Source of the DNA: Steroidobacteraceae bacterium
Lineage (GTDB): Bacteria > Pseudomonadota > Gammaproteobacteria > Steroidobacterales > Steroidobacteraceae
Assembly: GCA_035604595.1 (NCBI GenBank)
Contig: DATNIE010000026.1
Coordinates: 18,908 to 82,907, forward strand
Length of the DNA: 64,000 nt
Reading direction: 5' to 3'
Each line of letters starts with the position of its first letter. The stretch's first letter is position 1. The translations under genes and the position numbers were made by a program. The notes below the pieces were generated by a model. The model was not told where the DNA came from. It saw only the letters and a list, made by a program, of their open reading frames with translations, and did no database searches. This document shows positions 53,836 to 63,655 of this stretch, piece after piece.

Positions 53836-55584
53836 TCACTCGATCGTGATGTTGTTGACTTCTTCCAGGCTCGTCAGGCCGTCCTTGACCTTCTTCAGAC
53901 CCGATGTGCGCAGATCCCACACTCCCTCTTTCTTGGCCTCGTCATTGATGGTGATGGCATTGCCGCCCTCCATGATGAGGCGGCCGATCGTCTCGGTCAC
54001 GGGCAGGACCTGATAGATGCCGCTGCGCCCCTTGTAGCCGTCGGTGCATTGTCCGCAGCCTTTCGGGCCGAACAGCTTCAGGCCGGCGGCGACGTCCTCC
54101 TCGCGGAAACCCTCCTTGAGGAGCGCCTCCTGGGGGATGTCGAGCGGCTGCTTGCAGTGGTTGCACAGCCGGCGAACGAGGCGCTGCGCAATCACGAGGC
54201 TCACAGAGGTCGCGATCGCGTACGGCTTGACGCCCATGTCGACGAGGCGCGTCAATGTCTGCGGCGCGTCATTGGTGTGGAGGGTCGAGAGCACCAAGTG
54301 GCCGGTCTGCGCTGCCTTGATTGCGATCTCGGCGGTCTCGAGGTCACGCACCTCGCCGACCATCACGACGTCAGGGTCCTGGCGCAGAAAGGCGCGCAGT
54401 GCCGCCGCGAACGTGAGCCCCACCTTCGGGTTGACGTTGACCTGGTTGACCCCCGCCAGCACGATTTCCACCGGATCCTCGGCCGTCGAAATGTTGGTGT
54501 CCTCGAGGTTGAGGATATTGAGGCCAGTGTACAGCGAGACGGTCTTGCCCGAACCGGTCGGCCCGGTGACAAGGATCATGCCCTGCGGCTTCTTCAGGTA
54601 CTTGACGTAGAGGTCCTTCTGCAGGGGCTCGTAGCCGAGTGAATCAATACCGAGCATCGCGCTCGATGCATCGAGAATACGCATCACGCTCTTTTCGCCG
54701 AACAGCGTGGGGCAGGTGCTGACGCGAAAATCGATTGAGCGGTTCTTCGAGAGCCGCATCTTGATGCGGCCGTCCTGCGGCACACGGCGCTCGGCGATGT
54801 CGAGTCGCGCCATCACTTTGATCCGGGCAGAGATCTTCTGCGCCAGCTGCACCGGCGGCACGGCCACTTCCTTCAGCACGCCGTCGACGCGCTGCCGGAC
54901 GCGATAGGACTTTTCATACGGCTCGAAATGGATGTCCGATGCGCCCTTCTTGATGGCGTCCAGCATGACCTTGTTGACGAAGCGGACGATCGGCGCGTCC
55001 TCGACGTCATCGCGGGTGACCGCGGCCGCTTCGCCGTCCTCGTCATCGCCCGTGACATCGAGCAGTTCGATGTCGAAATCATCATCGCCCAAGGTCGGGA
55101 TCGTGGTGTCGACCTGCTCGAGCGTCTTGGCGAGGGTCTTCTGGAGCTTGTCCTCCTCGACGACGACCGGCTCGACGTGCATCGAGGTCGAGAAGCGGAT
55201 CTCGTCGATGCCGTGCAGGTTGGTCGGGTCCGAGATCGCGACGAACAGCCGCCGGCCGCGCTTCATCAGCGGGATGACGTGGTGCTTCATCAGCAGCTTG
55301 TCGCTGACCATCCTCACGACGTCGAGGTCCATCTGGGCGGCGTCGAGGTCGAGCAGCGGGACCCCGAACATCTGCGAGGCGGTGATCGCGATTTCGCGCG
55401 CCTCGACGATGCTCTTGCTGACGAGGTAGGACACGAGGTTCTGGCGCGCGTCCTTGGCGGCACGCTGCGCGTCCGCCATGGCCGCCTCGTCGAGCAGGCC
55501 GTCCTGCACAAGCTTTTCGGGCAGCCCGATGTTGCTGGCGCCACGGCTGGCGGCGCCGGCAACGGACAATGCGTTGTCGCTCAT
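53836..55584 (-). CDS. pilB: type IV pilus assembly ATPase PilB
   Basis: Walker A GPTGSGKT, Asp/His boxes, and the tetracysteine motif (CNHC...CGQC). Confidence 0.95.
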   Translation of the reverse strand: MSDNALSVAGAASRGASNIGLPEKLVQDGLLDEAAMADAQRAAKDARQNLVSYLVSKSIVEAREIAITASQMFGVPLLDLDAAQMDLDVVRMVSDKLLMKHHVIPLMKRGRRLFVAISDPTNLHGIDEIRFSTSMHVEPVVVEEDKLQKTLAKTLEQVDTTIPTLGDDDFDIELLDVTGDDEDGEAAAVTRDDVEDAPIVRFVNKVMLDAIKKGASDIHFEPYEKSYRVRQRVDGVLKEVAVPPVQLAQKISARIKVMARLDIAERRVPQDGRIKMRLSKNRSIDFRVSTCPTLFGEKSVMRILDASSAMLGIDSLGYEPLQKDLYVKYLKKPQGMILVTGPTGSGKTVSLYTGLNILNLEDTNISTAEDPVEIVLAGVNQVNVNPKVGLTFAAALRAFLRQDPDVVMVGEVRDLETAEIAIKAAQTGHLVLSTLHTNDAPQTLTRLVDMGVKPYAIATSVSLVIAQRLVRRLCNHCKQPLDIPQEALLKEGFREEDVAAGLKLFGPKGCGQCTDGYKGRSGIYQVLPVTETIGRLIMEGGNAITINDEAKKEGVWDLRTSGLKKVKDGLTSLEEVNNITIE

Positions 55585-55750
55585 GCGCTTATGTGGCCTG
55601 GCGGCAGAGAACCCATACTACTGGACCTGCGCGGATAGACAATTGTTAAGTCTAGCCCATAGTCGCACATCTGGTTCACCCGCCGGTGTGACCCAACTCA
55701 CGGCCGTCGGCCGGGCTCCGCGGGGTGCGCCCGGGGCAGCGCCCGGCCGC

Positions 55751-55778
55751 AAAAAAAAGGGGCCCCGGTTGGGGCCCC
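55751..55778 (-). terminator. rho-independent terminator downstream of pilA
   Basis: On the minus strand: GGGGCCCC-AACC-GGGGCCCC followed by eight T, 41 nt after the pilA stop codon. Confidence 0.85.
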
Positions 55779-55819
55779 TTCTGCAGCCGCCGCCGAAGCG
55801 GTGGCTTATGCGGCCAGTA

Positions 55820-56326
55820 CTAGCGGCAGGAAGCCGGCAGCCACTGCGCGTTCGTGATCGTCGTCGGATTCGCAACCGGCGGCGTGACGGCTGTCGCAGG
55901 GACCGCAGCATTGCCGCACACCCAGATAATATCCTGGTTGGACGACAGGCCGGGACCGATACCAAGGATCAGGCCACTCAGATTCACGTTCGCCTGGGGG
56001 CCATTCGCTCCACCATAGGTGACGGTTATGACGCCGCCAGATCCCAGCGTGACCGTCCCGTACTTACCAGCCGGGGAAGCGACGAAGCCGAGGCCGCCAA
56101 CGCTCGAATGGGACGTAATGCCGGCGACCGGCCAGGCGCCGTTCTGGCTGTAATAGTCGGCGATCGCCGTCTTGACGCCCGTTGCCAGGCTCAAGCCTTC
56201 CGTCACCTGAGAGCGAATTACGTAGTTCTGATAGGCCGGCAGCGCGATCGCCGCCAGGATGCCGATGATGGCGATCACGATCATCAATTCGATGAGCGTG
56301 AAGCCCTTCTGGATATGCTTGCGCAT
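55820..56326 (-). CDS. pilA: type IVa major pilin
   Basis: Leader MRKHIQKG followed by [28 protein letters not shown]-terminal Cys pair. AGGAG lies 6 nt upstream of the ATG. Confidence 0.9.
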   Translation of the reverse strand: MRKHIQKGFTLIELMIVIAIIGILAAIALPAYQNYVIRSQVTEGLSLATGVKTAIADYYSQNGAWPVAGITSHSSVGGLGFVASPAGKYGTVTLGSGGVITVTYGGANGPQANVNLSGLILGIGPGLSSNQDIIWVCGNAAVPATAVTPPVANPTTITNAQWLPASCR

Positions 56327-56401
56327 GAAAAACTCCTGTGTACCAACAATGCGTCAGAGACGCGGATGCAGAACGGAATTCCGTTCCTTGACCTGTTTCG
56401 A

Positions 56402-56417
56402 AGCAAGACGCGTGCCA
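56402..56417 (-). promoter_or_regulatory. sigma-54 (-24/-12) promoter of pilA
   Basis: The minus strand reads TGGCAC-GCGTC-TTGCT, an exact match to TGGCAC-N5-TTGC(A/T). It lies about 75 nt upstream of the pilA ATG. rpoN and pilR/pilS are in the same window. Confidence 0.85.
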
Positions 56418-56435
56418 GATCGGGCGGCCAATTGA

Positions 56436-56448
56436 TAAGAGATTGATT
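56436..56448 (-). promoter_or_regulatory. candidate IHF binding site upstream of the pilA sigma-54 promoter
   Basis: The minus strand reads AATCAATCTCTTA, matching WATCAANNNNTTR. It sits in an AT-rich patch just upstream of the -24 element. Confidence 0.4.
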
Positions 56449-56585
56449 TTAATCGAAAACTCTGCCAATCGGGAGGGCTCGCGACGGGCGCCGTCCGGCT
56501 GCGACAGGAGCCGCCGCGTCGTAAAGTGACGTGCCGCGTCAGCCACCGTTGCCCGCCGGACACACAGCGGGCTCCTCCGGGGCCG

Positions 56586-57926
56586 TTACTCGATGCCCAG
56601 TTTCTTGATCCGGTAGCGCAGCGCGCGAAACGTGATCCCGAGGACCTTCGCCGCGGCGGTCTTGTTGTAACGCGTCTGCTCGAGCGCCTTGAGGATCGCA
56701 TCGCGCTCGATATGCTCGACCTGAGCATCGAGCGCCCCCTCGCCAAGGTCGACCGGCCCCACGGGGGCGGCCGGCCCCGCGCGGACCGCGATATCGGCCG
56801 GCGTGATCCGCCCGTCGGCGCACAGCGTCAGCGCCCGCTCGAGGATGTTCTCGAGCTCGCGCACGTTCCCCGGATAGTGATAGCCGACGAGAATCTTCAT
56901 TGCCTCGGGCGTGATCTCCGGCACCGCGAGCTTCGAGCGGCGCGCGAGGCGAGCGAGAATGGCGCGGGCCAGATCCGGCACGTCCTCGAGCCGGGCCCGC
57001 AGCGGCGGCACGTGGATCTCGATGACGTTGACCCGGTAGTACAGGTCCTCGCGAAAGCGGCCGTCGGCGACGAGTGCGGCCAGGTCCTTGTGGGTTGCCG
57101 ACAGGATCCGCACGTCGACCGGCACCTCGCGGGATTCCCCGACCGGTCGGACGGTTTTCTCCTGGATCAGTCGCAGCAGCTTCACCTGCATGTGCAGCGG
57201 CAGGTCGGCCACCTCGTCGAGAAACAGCGTGCCGCCCTCGGCGGTCTGCACGAGCCCCGGCTTGTCAGCCACCGCGCCGGTGAAACTGCCGCGCTTGTGA
57301 CCAAACAGCTCGCTCTCCATCAGTTCGGTCGGGATCGCGCCGCAGTTCACCGGCACGAATGGCCCGTCGCGGCGGGCGCCCGATTCGTGGATCAGTTGCG
57401 CGACCAGCTCCTTGCCGGTGCCCGACTCGCCGGCGATGTGTACCGGGGCCTGGCTGCGGGCGACGCGCGCGATCAGCTCGCGCAGCTCCTCCATCGCCGC
57501 CGACCGGCCGAGCAGGCGCGGCGCCACGACGACGCCCGTCTCATCCCCGATGTCACGACCGGCGAGCTTGATCGCCTGGGCGACCAGCTTGCGCAGGTCC
57601 GCAAGGTCGAGCGGCTTGGAGACGAAGTCGAAGGCGCCGAGCTTGAGGGCCTTGACGGCGCTCTCGACATTACCGTGGGCGCTGATCACCGCGACCGGGA
57701 GCTCCGGCCGGTGGGTCTGCAGCCAGTCGACCAGCGTCAGCCCGTTGCCGTCCGGCAGCTGCATGTCCGTCAGACACAGGTCGAAGTGCCCGTCCTTCAG
57801 CGCCGCCTGGGCACTGGCGATGTCGGCCACCGAGCGGGACTCGATCGACATGCGCCCCAGGGTGATCGACAGCAGTTCGCACAGGTCCGGCTCGTCGTCG
57901 ACGATCAGCACGACCGGCTTAGCCAT
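56586..57926 (-). CDS. pilR: sigma-54-dependent response regulator PilR (NtrC family)
   Basis: Receiver domain (VLIVDDEPD), AAA+ domain with GESGTGKE and GSFTGA (GAFTGA-type loop), and a C-terminal Fis-type HTH. Confidence 0.9.
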   Translation of the reverse strand: MAKPVVLIVDDEPDLCELLSITLGRMSIESRSVADIASAQAALKDGHFDLCLTDMQLPDGNGLTLVDWLQTHRPELPVAVISAHGNVESAVKALKLGAFDFVSKPLDLADLRKLVAQAIKLAGRDIGDETGVVVAPRLLGRSAAMEELRELIARVARSQAPVHIAGESGTGKELVAQLIHESGARRDGPFVPVNCGAIPTELMESELFGHKRGSFTGAVADKPGLVQTAEGGTLFLDEVADLPLHMQVKLLRLIQEKTVRPVGESREVPVDVRILSATHKDLAALVADGRFREDLYYRVNVIEIHVPPLRARLEDVPDLARAILARLARRSKLAVPEITPEAMKILVGYHYPGNVRELENILERALTLCADGRITPADIAVRAGPAAPVGPVDLGEGALDAQVEHIERDAILKALEQTRYNKTAAAKVLGITFRALRYRIKKLGIE

Positions 57927-59550
57927 CGGCGCGGCCCTGCCAGCGCATCGGGTCGGCGAACACCACCCGGAAAATGCTGCCGCCGCCCGCACGCGGCTCG
58001 TAGAGCAGCAGCGCGCCGTTGCGATGCGCGAGCTCGCGCGAGATGAACAGCCCAAGCCCCGTGCCGCCACGGCGCTGCGTGAAGAACGGCTCGAAGATCC
58101 GTTCGGCCGCGGCGTCGGCGATCCCGGGACCACGATCCGCGACCTCGAGAAACGGACGGCCGGTCGTCTGCAGCCGCGCGATCACCACCTCGACGGGCGG
58201 TGCCCCGGGCATCTCGGCGCTGTGGCGGACCGCGTTGTCGCACAGGTTCCAGACGATCTGCCGCAGGTGCGTCGGGTCGACCCGCACGTCGATGTCCGGG
58301 CTCGGCAGCACGGCCCGGATCCGTCCTGCCGGCAGCTGCAGCGTGTCGCGGAACTCGCCGAGGAACTGACCGAGCCACTCGCCGACCCGCACCCGCTCCG
58401 GGCGCGTGCCTTCGCTGCGCGACAGCTGCAGGATGTTCGCGACGATGGTGCTGACGCGCTCGGCATTGGTGGTCATGATCTCGGCCAGGCGCTTTTCCGT
58501 GTCCCCGAGGGCGGCGCTCTCGGCGAGCAGCTGGGCGGCGTGGCTCATCGCGCCGACCGGGTTGCGGATCTCGTGGGCGATGCTCGCCGAGAGCCGTCCG
58601 AGCGCCGCGAGCTTCGTTTGCTGCACGCGCTCGGCGAGCTGGCTCGTATCGTCGAGGAACGCGATCAGCGGCGTCGGGCGATGCCTGCCGAGCGCGGCGA
58701 AGTGGGCTTCGACCTCGCGGCTGCCGTCCGCTGCGACGAACGTGGCATTCTCGGCCGAGGTGCCCTCGGGGCGGCGGCGCCAGCTTTCGACGTGGTACAG
58801 CAGCCGCGGGCAGATCTCGCCGAGCAGCTCGCCCGGCCGCGCCTCCGGCCCGAGCAGCTGCCGGGCAGAGTCGTTGATCAGACGGATCCGATCCTCTGCG
58901 TCCACGACGACGATGCTCTCGCGAAGGTGCTGGACAATGTACTCGGACAGCTGCGCGAGGTTCGCGACGTCTATTTCGCGCTGGCGGACGACCGCCTCGG
59001 TCTCGCGCAGGCGCAGCGCCATGAAGCTGCCGCCGGCCGCCACCAGAAACAGCACGGCCCCGTAGTAGCCCGCCTGCACGAAGCCGACCGGGCTCACCCC
59101 ATCGAGCAGCACCGCCGCACCCTGTTGCGCGAGCAGCGCCAATACCGCCGCAGCCGCCGTGACCATGGCACCGCGAGGGAAGGCGATCACCGACAGCCCG
59201 CCGACCGGCACGATCAGCAGGATGCCGAGTCCGCTGTCGGCGCCGCCGCTCGCATACACGACGAGGCTCAGCGTCGCGATGTCGACGATGACCGGAAGGT
59301 ACGCATGCCACACCGCCGTTCGAGTGCGGCGTTTGAGCAGCACGATCAGGCCGACGCCGATCAGGAAATAGCCGTACAGCGCCGCCCGGAACAGGCCCGG
59401 ATGCGCGTCTCCGACCAGGTGGGGCTGGCCGGCAATCGCGAACATGAGGACCAGCACCAGCGGGACGAGCAGCCGGAACAGGTTGAGGAGCCCGAGCACA
59501 CGCCAGGACAGTTCCGAGGTGTCGTGCATGGCGCGCAGGCTATGCTGCAT
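57919..59550 (-). CDS. pilS: sensor histidine kinase PilS
   Basis: Polytopic N-terminal membrane domain, H-box SIAHEIRNP, N/G boxes (WNLCDNA, DRGPGI, GGTGLGL). 8-nt overlap with pilR. Confidence 0.85.
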   Translation of the reverse strand: MQHSLRAMHDTSELSWRVLGLLNLFRLLVPLVLVLMFAIAGQPHLVGDAHPGLFRAALYGYFLIGVGLIVLLKRRTRTAVWHAYLPVIVDIATLSLVVYASGGADSGLGILLIVPVGGLSVIAFPRGAMVTAAAAVLALLAQQGAAVLLDGVSPVGFVQAGYYGAVLFLVAAGGSFMALRLRETEAVVRQREIDVANLAQLSEYIVQHLRESIVVVDAEDRIRLINDSARQLLGPEARPGELLGEICPRLLYHVESWRRRPEGTSAENATFVAADGSREVEAHFAALGRHRPTPLIAFLDDTSQLAERVQQTKLAALGRLSASIAHEIRNPVGAMSHAAQLLAESAALGDTEKRLAEIMTTNAERVSTIVANILQLSRSEGTRPERVRVGEWLGQFLGEFRDTLQLPAGRIRAVLPSPDIDVRVDPTHLRQIVWNLCDNAVRHSAEMPGAPPVEVVIARLQTTGRPFLEVADRGPGIADAAAERIFEPFFTQRRGGTGLGLFISRELAHRNGALLLYEPRAGGGSIFRVVFADPMRWQGRADG

Positions 59551-59725
59551 GGGCCGTTCCTCTGCCGCGGCTCGCGCACGGGGCGCGACGGCCACGAATG
59601 TAGCATCGTTCCAGGGAGCACGACCGTGCGGTCGCGCACGCGGCTCCTTTGCTTCTGCCGCGGTGCTTCGCGCAGAATACCGTCGGCGTCGAGGGCGGGG
59701 AGGCGCGACGGCGGCGCGCACGACG

Positions 59726-60907
59726 ATGAACTTGCACGAATTCCAGGCGAAGGAGCTGTTCCGGCGCTACGGCATCGCGGTCCCAGAGGGTCGCGTGGCG
59801 AGCACCGGCGCCGAGGCGGTCGCGGCCGCCGAGGCGCTCGGCGGCAACCTGTGGGTCGTCAAGGCGCAGGTGCACGCGGGCGGGCGCGGCAAGGCCGGTG
59901 GCGTCAAGCTGTGCCGCAGCGTAGAGGAGGTGCGCGCGGCGTCCGACGCGCTGCTCGGCACGCGCCTCGTAACCAAGCAGACCGGCCCCGACGGGCTGCC
60001 GATCCACCAGGTCTACGTGGAGGTCGGCTCGCCAATCGCGCGCGAGCTGTATCTGAGCTTGCTGCTCAATCGCGACCGCAGCCGCCTCGCGTTCATCGCC
60101 TCGGCGGCTGGCGGCATGGACATCGAGGAGGTCGCGGCGCGAACTCCCGATCGGATCCTGCGGGTCGAGATCCACCCGGCCGCGGGCCTTGCCGGCTACC
60201 AGTGCCGCCTGCTGGCCTTCGGTCTGGGTCTCACCGGGGCCCAGATCGCGCAGTTCGAGACGATTGCCCGTGGCATCTACAAGCTGTACGTCGACAACGA
60301 TTGCAGCCTCGTCGAGGTGAACCCGCTGATCGTCACCAAGGATGGCGTCGTGCTCGCGCTCGACGCCAAGATCAACATCGACCCCAACGCCGTGTTCCGC
60401 CAGCCATCCATCGCGAACTACCGCGACCCGTCGCAGGAAGATCCGATGGAGCGCGAGGCCTCCGAACACGACCTCAATTACGTCTCGCTCGACGGCGATA
60501 TCGCCTGCATGGTCAACGGTGCCGGGCTCGCCATGGCGACCATGGACCTGATCAAGCTGCACGGGGGCCAGCCGGCGAACTTTCTCGACGTCGGCGGCGG
60601 CGCGACGCCGGAGCGCGTGACGGCCGCCTTCAAGCTGATCCTGTCGAACGTAAGGGTGCGTGCAATCCTGGTCAACATCTTCGGTGGCATCGTGCGCTGC
60701 GACATCATCGCCGAAGGCGTGATCGCCGCCGTCAAGACCACGGGCGTCACGGTGCCGGTGATCGTGCGCCTAGAGGGTACCAACGCCGACGTCGCGCGCC
60801 AGCAGCTTGCGAACAGCGGGCTCGCGATCACCCCGGCGAGCGATCTCGCTGACGCTGCGAGTAAGGCCGTGCGGCTTGCGGCCGGCCGCCAGGGTCAAGC
60901 GGCATGA
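59726..60907 (+). CDS. sucC: succinate--CoA ligase (ADP-forming) beta subunit
   Basis: [13 protein letters not shown]-terminus, ATP-grasp fold, [10 protein letters not shown] block. Confidence 0.95.
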   Translation: MNLHEFQAKELFRRYGIAVPEGRVASTGAEAVAAAEALGGNLWVVKAQVHAGGRGKAGGVKLCRSVEEVRAASDALLGTRLVTKQTGPDGLPIHQVYVEVGSPIARELYLSLLLNRDRSRLAFIASAAGGMDIEEVAARTPDRILRVEIHPAAGLAGYQCRLLAFGLGLTGAQIAQFETIARGIYKLYVDNDCSLVEVNPLIVTKDGVVLALDAKINIDPNAVFRQPSIANYRDPSQEDPMEREASEHDLNYVSLDGDIACMVNGAGLAMATMDLIKLHGGQPANFLDVGGGATPERVTAAFKLILSNVRVRAILVNIFGGIVRCDIIAEGVIAAVKTTGVTVPVIVRLEGTNADVARQQLANSGLAITPASDLADAASKAVRLAAGRQGQAA

Positions 60908-61941
60908 GCATTCTGCTGTCGCGGCACAACCGCGTAATCTGCCAAGGATTCACCGGCAAGCAGGGCACGTTCCACTCCGAGCAGTGCATCGCCTACGGCA
61001 CCCGGGTGGTGGGCGGCGTGACGCCGGGTCGCGCCGGCCAGACGCACCTCGGCCTTCCGGTCTTCAACAGCGCGCACAAGGCGGTCGAGAAGACGGGCGC
61101 CGACGTCAGCATGATCTACGTGCCGGCGGGCGGGGCGGCCGATGCGATCCTCGAGGCGGCAGATGCGGGCATCAAGCTCATCGTCTGCATCACCGAAGGG
61201 ATTCCGGTCAACGACATGATCCGCGTGAAGGAGGCGCTCAAGGATTACGCTGCGCGTCTCGTCGGGCCGAACTGTCCGGGCGTGATCACGCCAGGCGAGG
61301 CGAAGGTCGGCATCATGCCCGGGTTCATCCACCAGGCCGGACGCGTCGGAATAGTGTCGCGCTCCGGGACGCTGACCTACGAGGCAGTGTTCCAGACGAC
61401 CCGTCTGGGTCTGGGGCAGAGCACCTGCGTCGGTATCGGCGGCGATCCGGTGCGCGGCATGAACTTCGTCGACGTGCTGGCACTGTTTGAGTCGGACCCC
61501 GGGACGGACGGCGTGATCATGGTCGGGGAGATCGGCGGCAGCGACGAGGAAGCGGGCGCCGAGTTCATCCGCGAGCACCTCACAAAACCGGTGGTCGCCT
61601 ACATCGCCGGCGTGACCGCACCTCCCGGCAAGCGCATGGGGCACGCGGGCGCGGTGATCGCCGGCGGCAAGGGCACGGCCGCCGACAAGTACGCGGCGCT
61701 CGAGCGCGCGGGCGTGAGGACGGTACACTCGCCGGCGGAACTCGGCAGCGCGATGGCGGAGGCGCTCAAGGGCCGGATCCGGGTGCGCCCGGCTCACGCC
61801 CGCAGCGCCGCGCGGACCGTTCCGCCGGCGAAGCCCGCCGCGACGCGGCCGGCGGTCCGGCCGCCGCCGCGCAAGCCGGCCTCGGCAAAGGCGAGCGGCT
61901 CGGCATCCCGGAAGGCCGGACGGAGCAACAAGCGTCGTTGA
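60904..61941 (+). CDS. sucD: succinate--CoA ligase alpha subunit with a 55-aa basic low-complexity C-terminal extension
   Basis: [20 protein letters not shown] and the phosphohistidine loop MGHAGA. ATGA overlap with sucC. The core ends around ...AEALKG (residue 290) but the ORF continues to residue 345. Confidence 0.9.
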   Translation: MSILLSRHNRVICQGFTGKQGTFHSEQCIAYGTRVVGGVTPGRAGQTHLGLPVFNSAHKAVEKTGADVSMIYVPAGGAADAILEAADAGIKLIVCITEGIPVNDMIRVKEALKDYAARLVGPNCPGVITPGEAKVGIMPGFIHQAGRVGIVSRSGTLTYEAVFQTTRLGLGQSTCVGIGGDPVRGMNFVDVLALFESDPGTDGVIMVGEIGGSDEEAGAEFIREHLTKPVVAYIAGVTAPPGKRMGHAGAVIAGGKGTAADKYAALERAGVRTVHSPAELGSAMAEALKGRIRVRPAHARSAARTVPPAKPAATRPAVRPPPRKPASAKASGSASRKAGRSNKRR

Positions 61942-62001
61942 CCGGGATACCGACCCAGCGGCGCCCGGGCGGAGCCCCCATCAGATGGCAGCGATCCTCG
62001 C

Positions 62002-63630
62002 ATGACTCAGACCCCGCTACGCCTGCTGCTCGCCCAGTGCGACCTCACCGTCGGCGATATCGACGGTAACGCGGCGCGGGTGCTCGGGGCCGCCAGCGCC
62101 GCGCACGCCGCCGGCGCCGACCTCGTCATGCTTCCCGAGCTCGCACTTGCCGGGTACCCGCCCGAGGATCTGCTGTTCCACTCCGGCTTTCGGCGCCAGG
62201 TGCGCGCGGCCGTCGACCGGCTGTGTCGGGAGGCGGGCCCCGTCGACGTGCTGTTCGGCTACCCGGAGTACGCGGGCCGGGCGATCTACAACTCCGCGGG
62301 GCTGATCCGCGGCGGGCGCGTGCACGCCAATCACCACAAGGAGGTCCTGCCGAACTACAAGGTGTTCGACGAGAAACGCTATTTCACCGCCGGGCAGACC
62401 CCGACGCTCGTGGACGTCAAGGGCGGGCGCGTCGCGCTGCTCGTCTGCGAGGATATCTGGGAGCCGGAACCCGCCATGCAGGCGCGCGCGGCCGGTGCCG
62501 AGGCGCTGCTCGTCATCAACGCCTCGCCCTACCAGCTGCACAAGCAGCGCGAGCGCGAGCAGGTGGCGCGCGCGCGCGTGACGACGGTCGGCTTGCCGCT
62601 CGTCTACCTGAACCTGGTCGGCGGCCAGGACGAGCTGGTCTTCGACGGCAACAGCTTCGTGCTCGCGGCCGACGGCACTGTGACGCAGCGGCTGCCCGCG
62701 TGGCGGGAGGCGACCGCCATCGTCGAACTCGCGCGCATCGACGGGCGGCTCGCGCCGCTGCCCGGCGCGATCGCCCCGGAACTCGGCGAGGAGGCGAGCG
62801 TGTACGAGGCGCTGGTGTACGGCGTGCGCGACTACGTCACCAAGCACGGGTTTCCCGGCGTCGTGATGGGCCTGTCGGGCGGGGTCGACTCGGCGCTGAC
62901 GCTCGCGATCGCGGTCGACGCGCTGGGGCCGCAGCGCGTGCACGCCGTGATGATGCCCTCGCGCTATACGGCGCAGATCAGCCGCGAGGACGCCGAGGCC
63001 GAGGCACGCGCGCTCGGCGTGCGCTACAGCACGATCTCGATCGAAGGCATGTTCGAGGCGACGCTGGCGGCGCTGGCCGGTGAATTCGCCGGCCGGGCAC
63101 CGGACACGGCCGAGGAGAACATCCAGTCACGGTGCCGCGGCGTGCTGCTGATGGGGATCTCCAACAAGACCGGCGCCATGCTGCTGACGACCGGCAACAA
63201 GAGCGAGACGGCGGTTGGCTATGCGACGCTGTACGGCGACATGGCCGGCGGCTTCGCACCGATCAAGGACTGCAGCAAGCTGCTGGTGTACCGGCTGGCC
63301 AAATACCGCAACGGCATCTCGGCGGTGATCCCGGCCCGGGTCATCACGCGTCCGCCGAGCGCCGAGCTGCGCGCCGGCCAGAAGGATACCGACTCGCTGC
63401 CGCCGTACGAGGTCATGGACCCGATCCTCGAGGCGTTTATCGAGGAGGACCTGTCGGTGGACGAGATCGCCGCCCGCGGCTTCGACCGGGCGACCGTCGG
63501 GCGGATCCTCGAGATGGTCAAGCGCAACGAGTACAAGCGCCGCCAGGCACCGCCTGGCATTCGCATCAGCGGCCGCGCCTTCGGCCGCGACTGGCGCTAC
63601 CCGATCACCTCGGGCTACCGCACCCGCTGA
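62002..63630 (+). CDS. nadE: glutamine-dependent NAD+ synthetase
   Basis: N-terminal CN-hydrolase (nitrilase-like) domain and C-terminal ATP pyrophosphatase domain with the GLSGGVDSAL SGGxDS motif. Confidence 0.9.
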   Translation: MTQTPLRLLLAQCDLTVGDIDGNAARVLGAASAAHAAGADLVMLPELALAGYPPEDLLFHSGFRRQVRAAVDRLCREAGPVDVLFGYPEYAGRAIYNSAGLIRGGRVHANHHKEVLPNYKVFDEKRYFTAGQTPTLVDVKGGRVALLVCEDIWEPEPAMQARAAGAEALLVINASPYQLHKQREREQVARARVTTVGLPLVYLNLVGGQDELVFDGNSFVLAADGTVTQRLPAWREATAIVELARIDGRLAPLPGAIAPELGEEASVYEALVYGVRDYVTKHGFPGVVMGLSGGVDSALTLAIAVDALGPQRVHAVMMPSRYTAQISREDAEAEARALGVRYSTISIEGMFEATLAALAGEFAGRAPDTAEENIQSRCRGVLLMGISNKTGAMLLTTGNKSETAVGYATLYGDMAGGFAPIKDCSKLLVYRLAKYRNGISAVIPARVITRPPSAELRAGQKDTDSLPPYEVMDPILEAFIEEDLSVDEIAARGFDRATVGRILEMVKRNEYKRRQAPPGIRISGRAFGRDWRYPITSGYRTR

Positions 63631-63655
63631 CGGCCGGCACCTTCCGCGGCGGCGC

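Noticed and set aside
51359-54013. 884-aa plus-strand ORF spanning coaE, pilD and pilC
   Set aside because: It is antisense to three well-supported genes and crosses their intergenic gaps. Its composition is dominated by Arg, Asp, Gly and His. This is a high-GC artefact.
55585-55819. Possible tRNA or pilin accessory gene between pilA and pilB, as seen in some Pseudomonas pilin islands
   Set aside because: The 235-nt gap contains only the terminator and presumably the pilB promoter. I could see no cloverleaf-capable sequence and no ORF.
57412-60852. 1146-aa plus-strand ORF, the longest in the track
   Set aside because: It runs antisense through pilR and pilS, then out of frame through sucC. 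No domain is recognisable, and every segment is better explained by the annotated genes.
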